64,000 bases of DNA from Amoebophrya sp. A120 (Eukaryota > Protista > Dinoflagellata), in the NCBI GenBank assembly GCA_905178155.1, contig CAJINV010000012.1:2935412-2999411 (forward strand). The letters run 5' to 3'. Under the pieces are notes generated by a model. The model was not told the DNA's origin, made no database searches, and saw only the letters and a program-made list of their open reading frames with translations. Position numbers and translations under genes: made by a program. Positions within the stretch are counted from its first letter, which is position 1. Each line of letters opens with the position of its first letter. Shown here one piece after another: positions 1 to 13,100 of the stretch.

Positions 1-158
1 CTGAAGCTGCGAAGCTGCAGCAACGGGGCCCCGCCGCGCCTCCTTTGGGCTCTGCGGCCGCCGGACTTTTCCATGGAGCTGCTGGCCTCTCGGTTGCCTT
101 AGCAGTTCTATGACAGAAAAACAGCCGCCGCAACAAAGAGAAACGCGGAACAGCTTCC

Positions 159-661
159 GGAATCTGTTCGCACATAGAGAGGGAGGCGGCGCGAACGCCC
201 TCCAGCTCTAGGCAAAAGCGACGCCGAGGCCTCTCAGCAAGTCAGCGCCTTCGCTTCCAGGCTTGCTCGCTTTCGTTTCCCCGCCTTCCCAGGTTTTCAG
301 CCTTCCCGGCTTCTCCAGTTTGCTCAACCTTTCGAACCTCATTCGCCTTTTGAGCTTCTCAGCCCCCTCAGCCGCCCCAGTCTTTCTTACAGGCTTCCCT
401 AGCCCTCCCAGTTCTCGCAGTCTGTTCAGTTTTTCCCGCCTTTTTCGACTTTCCACTCTTTCCCGTCTCTATCTTCCTTGTCCCGAAGGTCTGGCCTCCC
501 CGCCTCGTTGTGTTCCGCCGTTTGCCTCGTCGCTTCTGCGTGGTTTTCAAACTGTTCGCAGATAGAGAAACAGGCCCCGCAACAGACACAAGAAAACACG
601 GGAGAAAATGGCCGCCGGAATCTGTTCGCACATAGAGAAGGAGGCGGCGCGAACGCCCTCC
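159..661. repeat. ~45-bp direct repeat flanking a pyrimidine-rich low-complexity tract
   Basis: GGAATCTGTTCGCACATAGAGARGGAGGCGGCGCGAACGCCCTCC at 159-203 and 617-661, with a partial copy near 552. Confidence 0.8.
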
Positions 662-1198
662 CGATCTTTCTACGCAAAAGCTCCGGCCAAGCTTCCGAGA
701 AAGTCCCGCCGCGGAAAATATGAGGCGCGCCATGATCTTCAAACGCGCATAGTTCTCAAAATAAACGCACAAGCAAAGATCCACAAAACGGCCCACACCT
801 GCGGAAAAATAAGATCGGCAGCCAGCGACTTGCCAAGTTAAATGCCGCTCCATAGCCAGAATTATCCGCAAGAGCTCCGCAAATATATAATTTGGCCAAG
901 AGCAGAGCGGCCGCGTCTCGAATCTCATCGAAACAACCAGGACCCCAGTGGCTACCTGAAACTGACTAGCTGACACACCCGTACCCTTCCCCCCCGTCCT
1001 TTCCTTCTATCTAGTTCTGCTTCCCCCCTCCCAGTGCTCTCGATTTCGCTTCGGGATAGAGATTCCTTCCCCCTGGCTAGTAAGGAATGACTAGAAAATG
1101 AAGTATGGGCATGAAACTAGCCTCCTGAGCTGCATATTCGGCATGACAGAGGTTGTCTGTCTTGGTTGTCCAGCAACACAAAAATGTGTAGAAGTAGC

Positions 1199-4100
1199 CT
1201 AGCTGTGACACAGACACTTTTTTCTCTCCTGCATAAACATCTGGAACGCGTCTACTTCCTTCCGGGTCGACAAAAAGTACTGCAACACCATAACTGCGGT
1301 CGGCGGCAACACCTTCCCAGGCGGCGCTTGCTCCTTGAAAAACTGCTCCAGCCCGTTCTCGAATTTTTGCCGGATCAAATGCTGGTACAAATCTTCCTGC
1401 ACCTTGTTACCCAGCAGCTGGTTTTCCAAATCGTTCGCGAAGAAGGACTATGCATTGCAAATATGTCTGAGTATGTGATGCTAAAATGTGCATGATGAAA
1501 ACACTTTCACATGCAGCAAACTATGACGGGTTTGCAGAAGGCTTTCTCATACGTCCTCCGCATGAAAAGCCGTGGCGCTTTTGTACGACAAGCGAGGCTG
1601 CGACTTTTGTTGGTCACGCAATACAGTTCTAACAGGAATGCAAGACCAGCATTACAAGTTCCAACGTTCCAGACCCAGGCTGCATATTTGCAATGCATAA
1701 CGACTTTAAACCGCTGTTTGGGACGTTTCCGTCCGCGTTGGCGGTGGCAATTTCGACCACACTGGACGCGAGTTTTTGCTTCTTCTCCGTGAATTCCTTC
1801 AGAATGGAGAACACCATGTACACCAACCCCACAAAGTGGGACTTGTAGCGCCGGAGCAGCTATGGAACGCAAATAGGTGTGGATCTGGAAACTTCTGATG
1901 CAAGGATGGGAAGAGTGAGCACACTGTGATGCACGGCAAAGCATGAGACACGTTTTTCGTTTTCCGTGGACTATCTGAGTTGCGTGCCCCGCATGAGAAA
2001 CTGCGTTTTTGCAAAACAGGCAACCGGAGCTCTACTTTGCGGCCACGCAATACAGAGCTCAGAACCATGCCAGACTAGCATGACAAATCTCGCAATCTGC
2101 CAGAGGACCCAGACCTATTTGCACTGGATAGCAGCACCTGTGCCTCCGGGAGTTCGGTGTCCGTCGTTTCTGGGTCGGAATCCGTTGCGGTGATCGCGTA
2201 TACATGGCAAAAGCATCGCACTGGTAGTCCGTACGAATTGCTATCGCATTTCTTGCATCACAAATTTGGTCAGCATGATAAATGGAATTTCTCATGCTGA
2301 TTTCGATATATTTCCCATAAAAGGGAACGATTTGTCTTGCATGACTGCAACTTGTACGAGTCTACGATACCGATTTGCACAGGATATCTCTCCAGACGGA
2401 GTCGTTCCTTCGTCGGCCAATTGCGTACACCTGTACGTGCTGTCGACCTCGGTGCCCGGGAGGAATATCATTTTCCCGGCTAATCGGTTGCACTGCGGAA
2501 GCAAGTCCACGAACTCCGTCCAATCGTGCAAAATTTCCAGGACCGACTCGTACAGTAGATCGAAGACGAATTGAAACGACTGCCCGCCCTCCCTCACTGC
2601 GATGGTCAAAACCGAGTGGACTTCCAACAACGAGGTCTTCAACTTTTCCGGAGTGAAATAGTCCAAGTTCCACCGGTAGTTTGGCTTCACAACCGGCTGT
2701 TTCACTAACGAGCTACTAGTACTGCTGCTGTTTCCTCCTGCTGCCCTGAGCAAAAATGACCGGTACAGACTCACGTCTAAGGAGTCTGGCACAATCCCGT
2801 TTTCCAGATAAAATTCCAACACCGGGTCCAAGGACTCGAACACCGGGCGCGGAACGCGGTTCTCCAAAAGCGCCAAGCGGCGGAATTTGAGTTTTAACTT
2901 GCTGAAATACACGAAATACCTGGTCGGGAAGAACAACAGCCTCCTACTGTTACACAGCGCTTCGATCTCCTTCAAATGTGCGCCCGCTTCGAGCAAAAAC
3001 TGCATCGACCTGTTCCTCTTGTGCTCCGCTTTGTGGCTGAACACCTTCCGCACGACCTTCTTCGGATCGGTTTCCATTTCCTCGATTCGCTCGAAATTCT
3101 CGTCCTTCCTCCCGCAAACGGTGAGCTTGTAGTCCGATAGTTGCAGCAGCGTTATCGCTTTCATTCTATCGCAAGAAAAATAAACTGTTTCACTGTAAAC
3201 TTGCAATGCAGAAACTGTATCTGAGAAATGTTTGTCTTGCTGCGCATGCAAGACACTAGATTTTTAGCTGTGTTTTCCGTTAGGAATCTCGCATGGCAAA
3301 TTTTCTCTGTGATGTAGAACACACTTGTGATGCAAAACTTGCGAAATCCTTACAGTGAAACACTTTTTTCGTACGATACATTCGCGTCGCCGTGCAGTAA
3401 ATGTTCGGGAGAGACTATCCAAGAAAAAAACTGTGTTAGTGTAACTTTCTTTGGCTGACAGCATCACAAATTTGCTCTACATGACATAGAAAACCTGTCA
3501 TGCGTGGCTTCCAAGGGAAAACACACAGGAAAAGAGGCCTTCATGGTTGTCTGGCATGACAGGTGTAACAGTTTTGCACTTTCTGCATTACAAAGTTACA
3601 CTTACACAGTTTTTTTGTTGCGATAGAGACCGGCCGTCGTTGTGGGATTTCTCCTTGTTTAGCATAAACGCATATCAAAGGCAAGTATGTCTGGGTCTGG
3701 AAGGTAGAACCTGTATTGCATGTTTCGCATTCCTAAAAAATCTGTATTGCATAAGCAGCAAATGAAGCGCCACAGTTTCGTCATGCAAAAGCGCAGTTTG
3801 TAATGCGTTCTGCGCGTGAGAAAGTGTTTGAAACATTTGTCATGCTGCACTGCACTTACCGGCACAGTCAATCATGACCATTCAGCATTACAAGTTTCCA
3901 GTCCGCGACATGTTTGCAATCCATAGCGCATGTTCGGAGACCGGGAGGAGATTCCGGAAAATCTTCTTTTTCTTCTTGAAAACCCCCGCCGGGGGGACTT
4001 GCGGGTCCGTGTCGGTGGAGACCTGCTCGGGCCCTCGTTCAACGAAGCAAGTTGGATCCTTCGCGGTGCCTTGGTAATGGGAGAGGAAATTCAAGTCACT

Positions 4101-7100
4101 ATCCGTCTGCGACCCGTCCTGGAGAAAAAGCACCGCGTTGATATCACTGGTGATCTCCTCCAGTAGTCGGCATATGGAACTGTCAGAATAGAAATCGACA
4201 AAATCGAAAAATTTGCGATGCAGAAAATCGACGGCAGTCGGAGCCTCAGCTTCCAAGTGGCGCATGACAAATTTCGGGAGCACCCAAATCCAGTCTGTCA
4301 TGCTATTTGGGCAAAGAGTACGGCTCTTGTCATGCTACTCTGGCAACGCATTGCATACCCCTAAACAGCGTTACAATCGGTCTCATTTGCCTGCTCCCCA
4401 ATACAGGCCTTCAGTGCCCTACACTTTCTGCATCACAAATTTTTCGACTTTGTCGATTTCGATCCTGACGCATCCATACGGCAAAGAAAGAGCGTCTGCT
4501 TCTCCGACCTGCTGTTCAGGGCGTTCGACGCCGAAGACCCCCCGATCTGCTCGTATTCTGTGTAAAAACGTCCCCACCCCAGAGTCAACATGGGGATCTC
4601 GCAACACAAATCCAGAAGCTTTGGGAGTCACGCATGACAAGTTCCTCTCTGCATTGTAGTACAGTCTAGCAAGTGCAGCCGCATCACAAAGCCATCTACT
4701 TATCGTGTTGACAGCATCAGAAATTCCAAAACACGATTGAAAATGCCTATCATGGGAATGCGCATTGCAAATCTTCCTACAATTGCAAATCTGCATGACA
4801 ACTCTGGGGTGGGGATGTTTTTGCAGAGGATAGCTCGTTTTTGCTCGTCTGTGACGGCGCAGATGAGGAAGAAGACGCTCCCCCAGAACTAGCCCCGGCT
4901 CCTTTCGCCCCCGCATGACCTCCTGCCTTATCCTCCTTCTTGCTGTTCCCAGCCCCGGTTGATGTTGTACCACCACCTCCGTCCACCAAATCCAGTAACT
5001 CCGCGGCCACGGGGCTGACCAACTTCATCGCGTTCGCCTTCGCGATGGCCTCGAAGTCCTCTTCATCCTCATTCACCGGCGGTTTGGGCCTGAACTTCGG
5101 CGCAAAGAGATACTTCGCGCAGTTGAACGTCGGGTTTTGCAGCAAGCAACAGTACAGCAACTGCTTCGCCTGGATCACCGTTACCGAGGGCTCGGATTGC
5201 AGTAAGTTACAATAAGCCAAATCTAACAGTTCCAAAATGTATGGATTGTAAAAATGTCTGGGTCTGGAAGATTCTGACACTTGTCACGCACGTTTTGCAT
5301 GAGCCCTGATGTCTGTGATGCATGCCCTAGCATCACAGATTTTTTGAGAGCTTCTTGATGCCTATTCCGCATGACAAATGCCCTCTCCGTGTAGCAAAAA
5401 TTACATTCCTTTGTTTTGGTACTCATGCAATACAGATTTTTCTGGAATCCAAATGCAGCATCACAAGTTGCATTCTTCCAGACCCAGACATTTTTACATT
5501 TGATAAAATGGACGGAATGGCCCCCTCGTTCCCCTCCTGCGAAACTTCCAGTAGTCGTCCCTGCTGGAAGTAGGATTTCGCGCGGACGAAGAGGAGTTCA
5601 ATTTTCGTAAACACGTCGTGCGACTTCGTGTCGCACTCGATAATTCCCTGCTTTACCTGGTCCTGCGTTGCGACGAATCGGCCCTGCTTCTCCAGTAGTT
5701 TGCACAACTGCAAGCGCAAAACCGAAAAATACTTCACGTCCGCGACACCCAGCCGCATGTGCTGCTTTTTCGCGTCTACACTGCTCGCAACCACGGAATT
5801 TTTCGCCGCTTCCGAAAAAAGCAACTGCGCGTACAAAATTTCCGCCACCGCGGCCCGCAGTTGCCCCTTCTGCTCGTAGAATTTGCTGAAGCTCAAGCGG
5901 ATTTCCAGTAAGAACTCCTGCTGGTCGACGGAAATTGCTTGTGACATTTTTTTCAACGCCTTCAATAATTTCTGTCGTTCCTCCTCGTTTTTGCTCGACC
6001 CGATGGAGATCAGCTGGTTCAGAGCGTCGAAAGTGGTGTGTTGCTGCAGAAAAGCAATCGGGTCGAAATCCAGTGTATCAAATGTAAAAATGTCCGGGTC
6101 TGGAAACTTGTGATGCTGGTTGGCGTATCATGAGGCGGCCACAAGTGCTGGCTCAGCATGACAAGTTTCTGAGCTCCTAGGTGTTGCCTATTCTGCATGA
6201 CAAACTGCGCTTCTGCATCACAGAAAAACGCAGCTCTTGGGTAACGTGCATGACAGATTTAAGAGTCATGCCAGACAAGCATGACAAACGTGAATTCTTC
6301 CAGACCCAGACATTTTTACATTTGATACAGTGGGGGGTCGTCTTCTTGGGACGAACTTGTTTTCATCGTGGTCGTTCCGCTGAAAGCCAAGACGACCGCG
6401 TCCTTCCAGACCTGCGCTAACAGCTGCTCGCTATCAAATGTAAAAATGTCTGGGTCTGGAAGAACACTTGTCATGCACGTTTTGCATGAGCCATGATGTC
6501 TGTGATGCATACCCTAGCAATACAGATTTTTTGAGAGCTTCTTGATGCCTATTCCGCATGACAAATGCCTTCTCAGCGTAGCAAAAATTGCATTCCCTTT
6601 GGGACTCACGCAATACAGATTTTTTTGGAATCCAAATGCAGCATCACAAGTTGCATTCTTCCAGACCCAGACATTTTTACGTTTGATACTCGCACTGGGT
6701 CAGCAACTTCGGGTAGTTCGCGACGAAATTTGGGAGAATCTTGTCGTTAAAGTCGGCGATTTATCAAATGCAAAAATGTCTGGGTCGGGAAGATTGCCAG
6801 GTTTGTCATGCAGGTTTTCTATGACTCATGAGGTCTGGAATGCAGCGCCTAGCATGACAAACTCTGTGAGATCTCTAGCATGCCGATCCTGCATGAGAAA
6901 TTCCCTCTCAACTTGGTAAAAAACGGCGGCTGTTGGTAATCACGCAACACAGATTTCTTGCATGATTCAGATTTAGCATGACAAGTTGCAACCTTCCAGA
7001 CCCAGACATTTTTGCATTTGATACGATTCCCTGCTTCACGAAGTCAACGGACTCCTCCTCAACGAATTTGTCCAAGTGCGGAATGCTCGTCACGTTCGCG

Positions 7101-10100
7101 CTCGAAGGAGCGGGAAAGCAGGGTTTGTAACTCAGTAATTTCAGAAGAAACTCGACCTTCAGGAACTGAAACATCAGGTAGTTTTTGTCGCTCCCGAACT
7201 TCTGTTTCGTGTTGAAAATTTTCGTCTGGTCCGGCGCCGGGTTCGTCCCGCACATCAAGCCGCAGTCCAGGCCCCATTTGGTCACCAAAGCGTCAATGGC
7301 CTGTAAATTTTCGTCGCTGTACGGGGCCTCGTGGCTGTTGTAGTACTTCACGAAGTTTGCGCCTGCGGCGTCGAACTTCTGCAGGTTGTCCCGGGCCATC
7401 GCGGTGGAACAGCGTTCCAACGCTTTGTTTACCCCAAAGGTCCGGTCAATCGTTTCCTTCGTGACCCCGATCGGCTGCAACGCCAGGTCCTGTTCCTTCG
7501 CGATTTGCAGCAACTCGTAGTAGCAGTCGGAAATTTTGTCGGTTAGCAGCAGGGTTCTGGCTTGCAGTAACTTACTGGTAACAGAAAACTCCAGCGACCG
7601 TAACACGTCGTTCGCGACGTACTTGTGCAACTGAGTGAAGAGCAACGCTTTCGCGGTGTGGTACTGCGTCAAATGCAGCGTTTGAATGTTGAACTCCAGC
7701 TGCTTCAGAAAGGTCAGTCCATCGGTTTATCAAATGCAAAAATGTCTGGGTCTGAAAAAGTGTAAGCTTGTCATGCAGATTTTCCATGACCCATCAGGTC
7801 TGGAATGCGGAACTTAGCATGACAGACTCTGCGAGGTCTCTGCCATGCCTATCCTGCATGAGAAACTCCCTTCCATCTTGGTCAAAAGTGGACAGCTTTT
7901 GGCACTCATACAACACAGATTTTTGCATGCTTCAGATTTACCATGACAAGTTGCCACCTTCCAGACCCAGACCACATTTTTGCATTTGATACGGTTCCGG
8001 TGTGCACCACGTTGGGCTGCAGTTGCACGTTGCTCGGCCGGAAGTCGAGGAACACTTCCCGCATGCGGTAGTAAAAACTGCAGGCGATTTTCTTCAGATC
8101 CGGAGTGCTGGTTTGCTTCTCCAGCGGGTGCGGTAACGCTTTCAGGAGCTGGTCTAAGATCCCATAAGTGAACAGTGCCCCCCGTAAGTGCGTCCGGGCA
8201 TTGCTGCTGTTCGCGAACCGGCAATATTTGTAGATCAGGACGGTCGAAAGCAGCAACGTATCCACCTTCTCCTTGTTCTCGGGCGGGACGAGCGGCGTGG
8301 TATCAACTGTAAAAATGTCTGGGTCTGGAAGAATGCATGTTTGTCATGCTTGTTTGGCATAACTCTGAAATCTGTCATGCACGTTACCCAAGAGCTCCAC
8401 TTTTCTGTGATGCAGAAACGCAGTTTGTCACGCAGAATAGGCAACACCTAGAAGCTCAGAAACTTGTCATGCTGAGCCAGCATTTGTGGCTTCATCATGA
8501 GACGCCACCCAGCATCACAAGTTTCCAGACCCAGACATTTTTACAATCCATACGTGGGGTGCATGGGCAAAATCTCCTCCAGATGGCTCGTCTCGTTGTG
8601 CAGAAACCGGTGCTGTTTCGGGAGTATCAAATGCAAAAGTGTCTGGGTCTGGGAGATTCCGAGATTTGTCATGCAGTTTTTTCAAGCTCCCCCACGTCTG
8701 GAATGCAGGGCCTAGCATCACAGGTTCTGCAGCTCCTTGGTGATGCGTATTCTGCATGAGAAGTGCCCTCTCAGCATGACCAGAAGTGGGCACCTTTTGC
8801 ACGTTCTGCATCACAGATCTTTGAGGGATCCGAAACACGCATCACAAGTTCGGATCCTTCCAGACCCAGTCATATTTGCATTTGATAGGGGGTTCTTTCG
8901 GCTTATTTTGGGTTGCTTGCATCGATCCCTCGGATTCCGAAGCGGTGGTGGGCATCCTGAGTACAAACGTCCCCAACCCAGAGTTGTCATGCAAATGCGC
9001 AATGACAAGAACATTTGTAATGCGCAGCTCCATGAGAGGAATTTCTAGTCGTGTTATGGAATTTGTAATGCTGCAAACAGGATTTGAAAATGGCTCTCTC
9101 ATGCGGCTTCCCTTGCCAACCAGCACTACACTGCAGAGGAAATAACTTGTCATGCACAGCTCCCAAAACTCGGAGATTTGTGTTGCTACATCCCCAATTT
9201 GCGTATGGGGTGGGGACGTTTTCCTCAGGATAGTGGGCGGAGTTTCCGGTTCTGGCGGGACGTATTCGTCGGCGAAAACGCCAAAGGGGTTTTTCTCAAA
9301 CGCTGCTTTCTTGTCCAACACCGACAAATCCCCCGGTCTGGAAAGAAAAAAACTCGTCACAGGCACTAAGTTGCAGATTTTGCATGAGAAATTTATTGGT
9401 GTCACACCTCTCCCTTGTATTGCAGAAACACAAGGGGGGAAATCCCGCATGAAGTTTTTCTGTCATGCATTTTTACGCGTGACAGACATTTTTGTATTGC
9501 AAAAAAGCCCATGATGAGTGATCGTGACGAACTTATTTTGTTGGATACCCGGTACTATCCTGTGCAAAAGTATCATACTCGTATAAATGCATTACAAATT
9601 TCCTCAGCAAGAGAAATAAAATTTGTATATGCGGATTTACGTTAAGAAAAGAATTTGTAATGCATGACTGCAGTACGAGTACGATACTTTTGCAGTTCAT
9701 AGGCACCGACCGGACCAGCGCGTTCCAGTACTTGACCGAATCTGGTATCAAATGCAAACATGTCTGGGTGACTGCAATAGTTTGTCATGCTAGTCCGGCA
9801 TCACACTGAGCTCTGTATTGCGTGGCCAGCAAGAGCTCGTCTTGTCCACAGTTATGCAAAAACTACGCTGTTTCTCATGCAGAATACGCAACACAAAGCC
9901 ACGGAAAATAAATCTGTCATGCTTGGCGGTGCATTACAGTCGACGTGTGCTTTCCATTCACTGACATGCATCATAACTTTCCAGAGGCCCCACACATATT
10001 TGCCATCCATATCCGGGTAGAAAAAGGTAAAATCCACCCCCTCCGACCAAATCGTGCTGGCGGCGCGCCGATCCGCCTCCAGCCACTTCAAGTTCCCGAG

Positions 10101-13100
10101 TTCGTGGCTCGCTTGCACGGAGTGGAGCGTTTTGCGCTCCTGTTTCAGCGCGGTCAAGTTCAAATCGTAGGCCTTCATCAACAGTCTCGCCTGATCCTCC
10201 AAGTTCCGCTTCATGATGGCATCCTGCGCCTCGTCGAGAATTTTCACTTGGTTTAAGTACTTGTGTTTCGAGTGGATAAAATTGTTCAACTCGATTCGAT
10301 TTTTCTTCAAAACCGCCAACGTCTCCGGAATCCCGTGCTTGACACACCTGTCGCAGCACTCGTAGAACTCCAGCATCTGCTTGTAGCTGCTGTGCAGCTT
10401 CTTCTGCCGGGTTTGGAGGTTTTCGTAGTAGTACACCCGGTTGTTGTAGAGCTTCTCCGGTTCGGACAGTTGTCCGAGTAGGGCTAGCTGCCGCAAGACC
10501 TTCCGTGGGACTTGCGACTGCTCATAGTCGAATTTCTCCTTTGCCTATCCCACGAAAAAAGTGTTACAATTACACATTGTGTTGCAAGATCGGCAACAGA
10601 AACAACCTTTCTCATGCAGAAAATGCTTGGCAGCCTCGTTTCCTTCCTGTTTTCGTTCCCTTATGATCTTCGCATTACAAGTTTTCTTTGCCACACAGAG
10701 AAAATTTGTGATGCAGAAACTCCAACAAATGTGTAACTGTAAGACTTTTTTCTCGTGATATTGCCGTTTTAATGTAATTCCCCGTTTTCTTCAAAATCTT
10801 ACTCGACATATTAAGAGGAAAAATCCCCCCTCCCCATATTGAAAAGGTATGACTCCGGAAATTTGTGTTGCTGATTTGCGACCTCAAATCACGTCTGTCT
10901 TGCAAGGAGGCAACTCCACAAGCTCCGCAGCATTGTGCAGGCGGTTTGTGATGCTGATGAGCCTACAGCACGGACGTTTCTCATGCTAGACGCCTAGGCC
11001 AGAGCCTCTCTACTTAGGCTTAGTATGGGGCTGCATTCCTCTCCAGCAAGACAAATCTGATTTGTGTACGGAAATCCAGCATCAGAAACTTCGTTTCGAT
11101 ATGGGGAGGGGGGATTTTTCCTTTTGATACGACAGTGCGCAGATTTCCTTCTGCGCCCCAACCAAGAACGGACAGAAGGTTTCGGCAAAGATGCCGTTCG
11201 AAACTTGGTTGAATTTGTCCGCTAACTCCACAACCACGCCCCACCGCCGCATGTGGTAGAAGACGAGGGTTGCGAACCCGACGAATTTCGCCAGTCCCTG
11301 CATGTCCAGCTCGGTAGAGTCGAACCAATTCTCGTGGTTCATCGCTTTTGTATGGACCGTTGTCGCGACGATATCGGAGAACTCCACAAACCGCTCCCCG
11401 TATTTCGTTTCCCGAACTTTTTTGTGAAGCTGCTCCCCACTCGCGAGGATGTCTTTTTCGTTCGCAGAAGTCAAATCCGAATTACTCACCGCGTTGGGCG
11501 CGCCCCGCATCGTTTGCTGGGAGGCGAGCGCGGCACGCGCCGGGCTGGCCGCACCGCCGGCCATTTTGCCGCCTTTTCGTTCTTTCTTCCCGGGAACTCT
11601 CCTACTGGCGATACTCGCCTCCGTTTCTTGCTTCATAACCGTCAGCGCTTTCACCAAGTTCTGCGCGATGATTCCCAAGTTTAACCACAGCGTCTCGGTC
11701 GAGGAGTTATCGTTGTCTAAATCTTGCCCCTCTGCAATCGCCTGCTCCTCCTCCTCCACCGACATTGGTTTCGGGTTCAGCGTTTTCGGATCAACGACAC
11801 CCAACGGCTCGCAACTTACTTCCTTCTGCGTCTGCGCTACCACCAAGTCCGCGTATTTCAGCGCGACCCGATCCGGACAGCAGTTCCGGACTTTCTCCTG
11901 CTTCTCCGTCTCGGTTAAATGCAGCTTGGTCAGCATGAACTCGTTATACAAATCCGGTTCCATGTCGGGAATTCCGACGTAGTTATCCGGATCCAAATCC
12001 TCGTAGCTCCCGACCACCCCGACCGCGGGAATGCACTCTTCGGGCGACGGATTCGCGACGGTGAGCGCGTTCAAAACCAGAAAACACCCCTGCTGCAACA
12101 AGTAGTTTGCCTTCGCGTTTGCTGCGCACAAGCTGGACCGCGCGTATCAAATGCAAAAATCTCTGGGTCTGGAAACTTGTAATGCTGTGTTGGGAATAGT
12201 GAATGCTCTGTAATGCACAGCCAAGCATGAGAAATATCTGCGCTTCTTTGTGTTGCGTTTCTCGCATGAGATACTGCGTTTTTGCATGACAGGCAAACGG
12301 GTCTTCGTGGACACGCATCACAAACTTTTTTGTCATGCCAGACAAGCATGACAAGTCTCGCAATCATCCAGACCCAGACATTTTTACATTTGATAGCGCG
12401 CACCTCGCTGCGACGTCCTTCAACAGAGAAAGCGACAACTGCTTCGTTAGCCTATCACCAGAAAAAACTGTTTCACTGTAAACTTGTAATGCAGAAAATG
12501 TATTTCACAGGTGTTTGTCTTGCGACACATGCAAGACAGTGGATTTCTAGATGTGTTTTCCCTTAGGAACCTTGCATGACAAATTTTCTCCGTCATGTAG
12601 AACAAACTTGTGATGCAAAAGTTGCAAAATCCTTACAGTGAAACACTTTTTTCGTACGATAGAGCCGATCGTCCTTGTAATAGGCCTGGGGGAGGGTCAA
12701 ATCCTGCTCGTTCTCTTCGGCTTGGTCTATCGGATCTTTTTCGTAATACTCCCGCGCGATTTCTTTCCTCTTTTCCAGAATCGCGACGTCCTCCGCTCCC
12801 GCAGACGCCAGATGCTCGGACTTCAGGTTTTCCGGGATGGCCAGCTGCGATATGTCCAGGTAGGGAAAATTCTGCACCTGGTGGTCGTGGAACTGGAGGA
12901 CTTCCAACTTCCGAATCGAAATATCAATTGCAAATATGTCTGGGTCTGGGAACTTGTGATGCAAGAAAGGGAATAGTGAACTCACTGTGATGCGCTGCCA
13001 AGCATGACAAGTTTTTTTCATGGTTCTGACTGTTGAGTATTCCGCATGACAAACTGCGTTTTTGCATGGCAGGGAGGAGGAGCTCTTCGCGGCCATGGTG

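Noticed and set aside
1062-1094. Small hairpin followed by CTAG, like a Helitron 3' end
   Set aside because: The stem is weak and AT-rich, the next base is A rather than the expected T, and there is no matching 5' end or RepHel sequence.
5240-8887. Recurrent ~30-bp repeats with unique sequence between them, resembling a CRISPR array
   Set aside because: The repeats alternate in orientation (they are TIRs), spacing is irregular and long, the intervening DNA is eukaryotic exon, and there are no cas genes.
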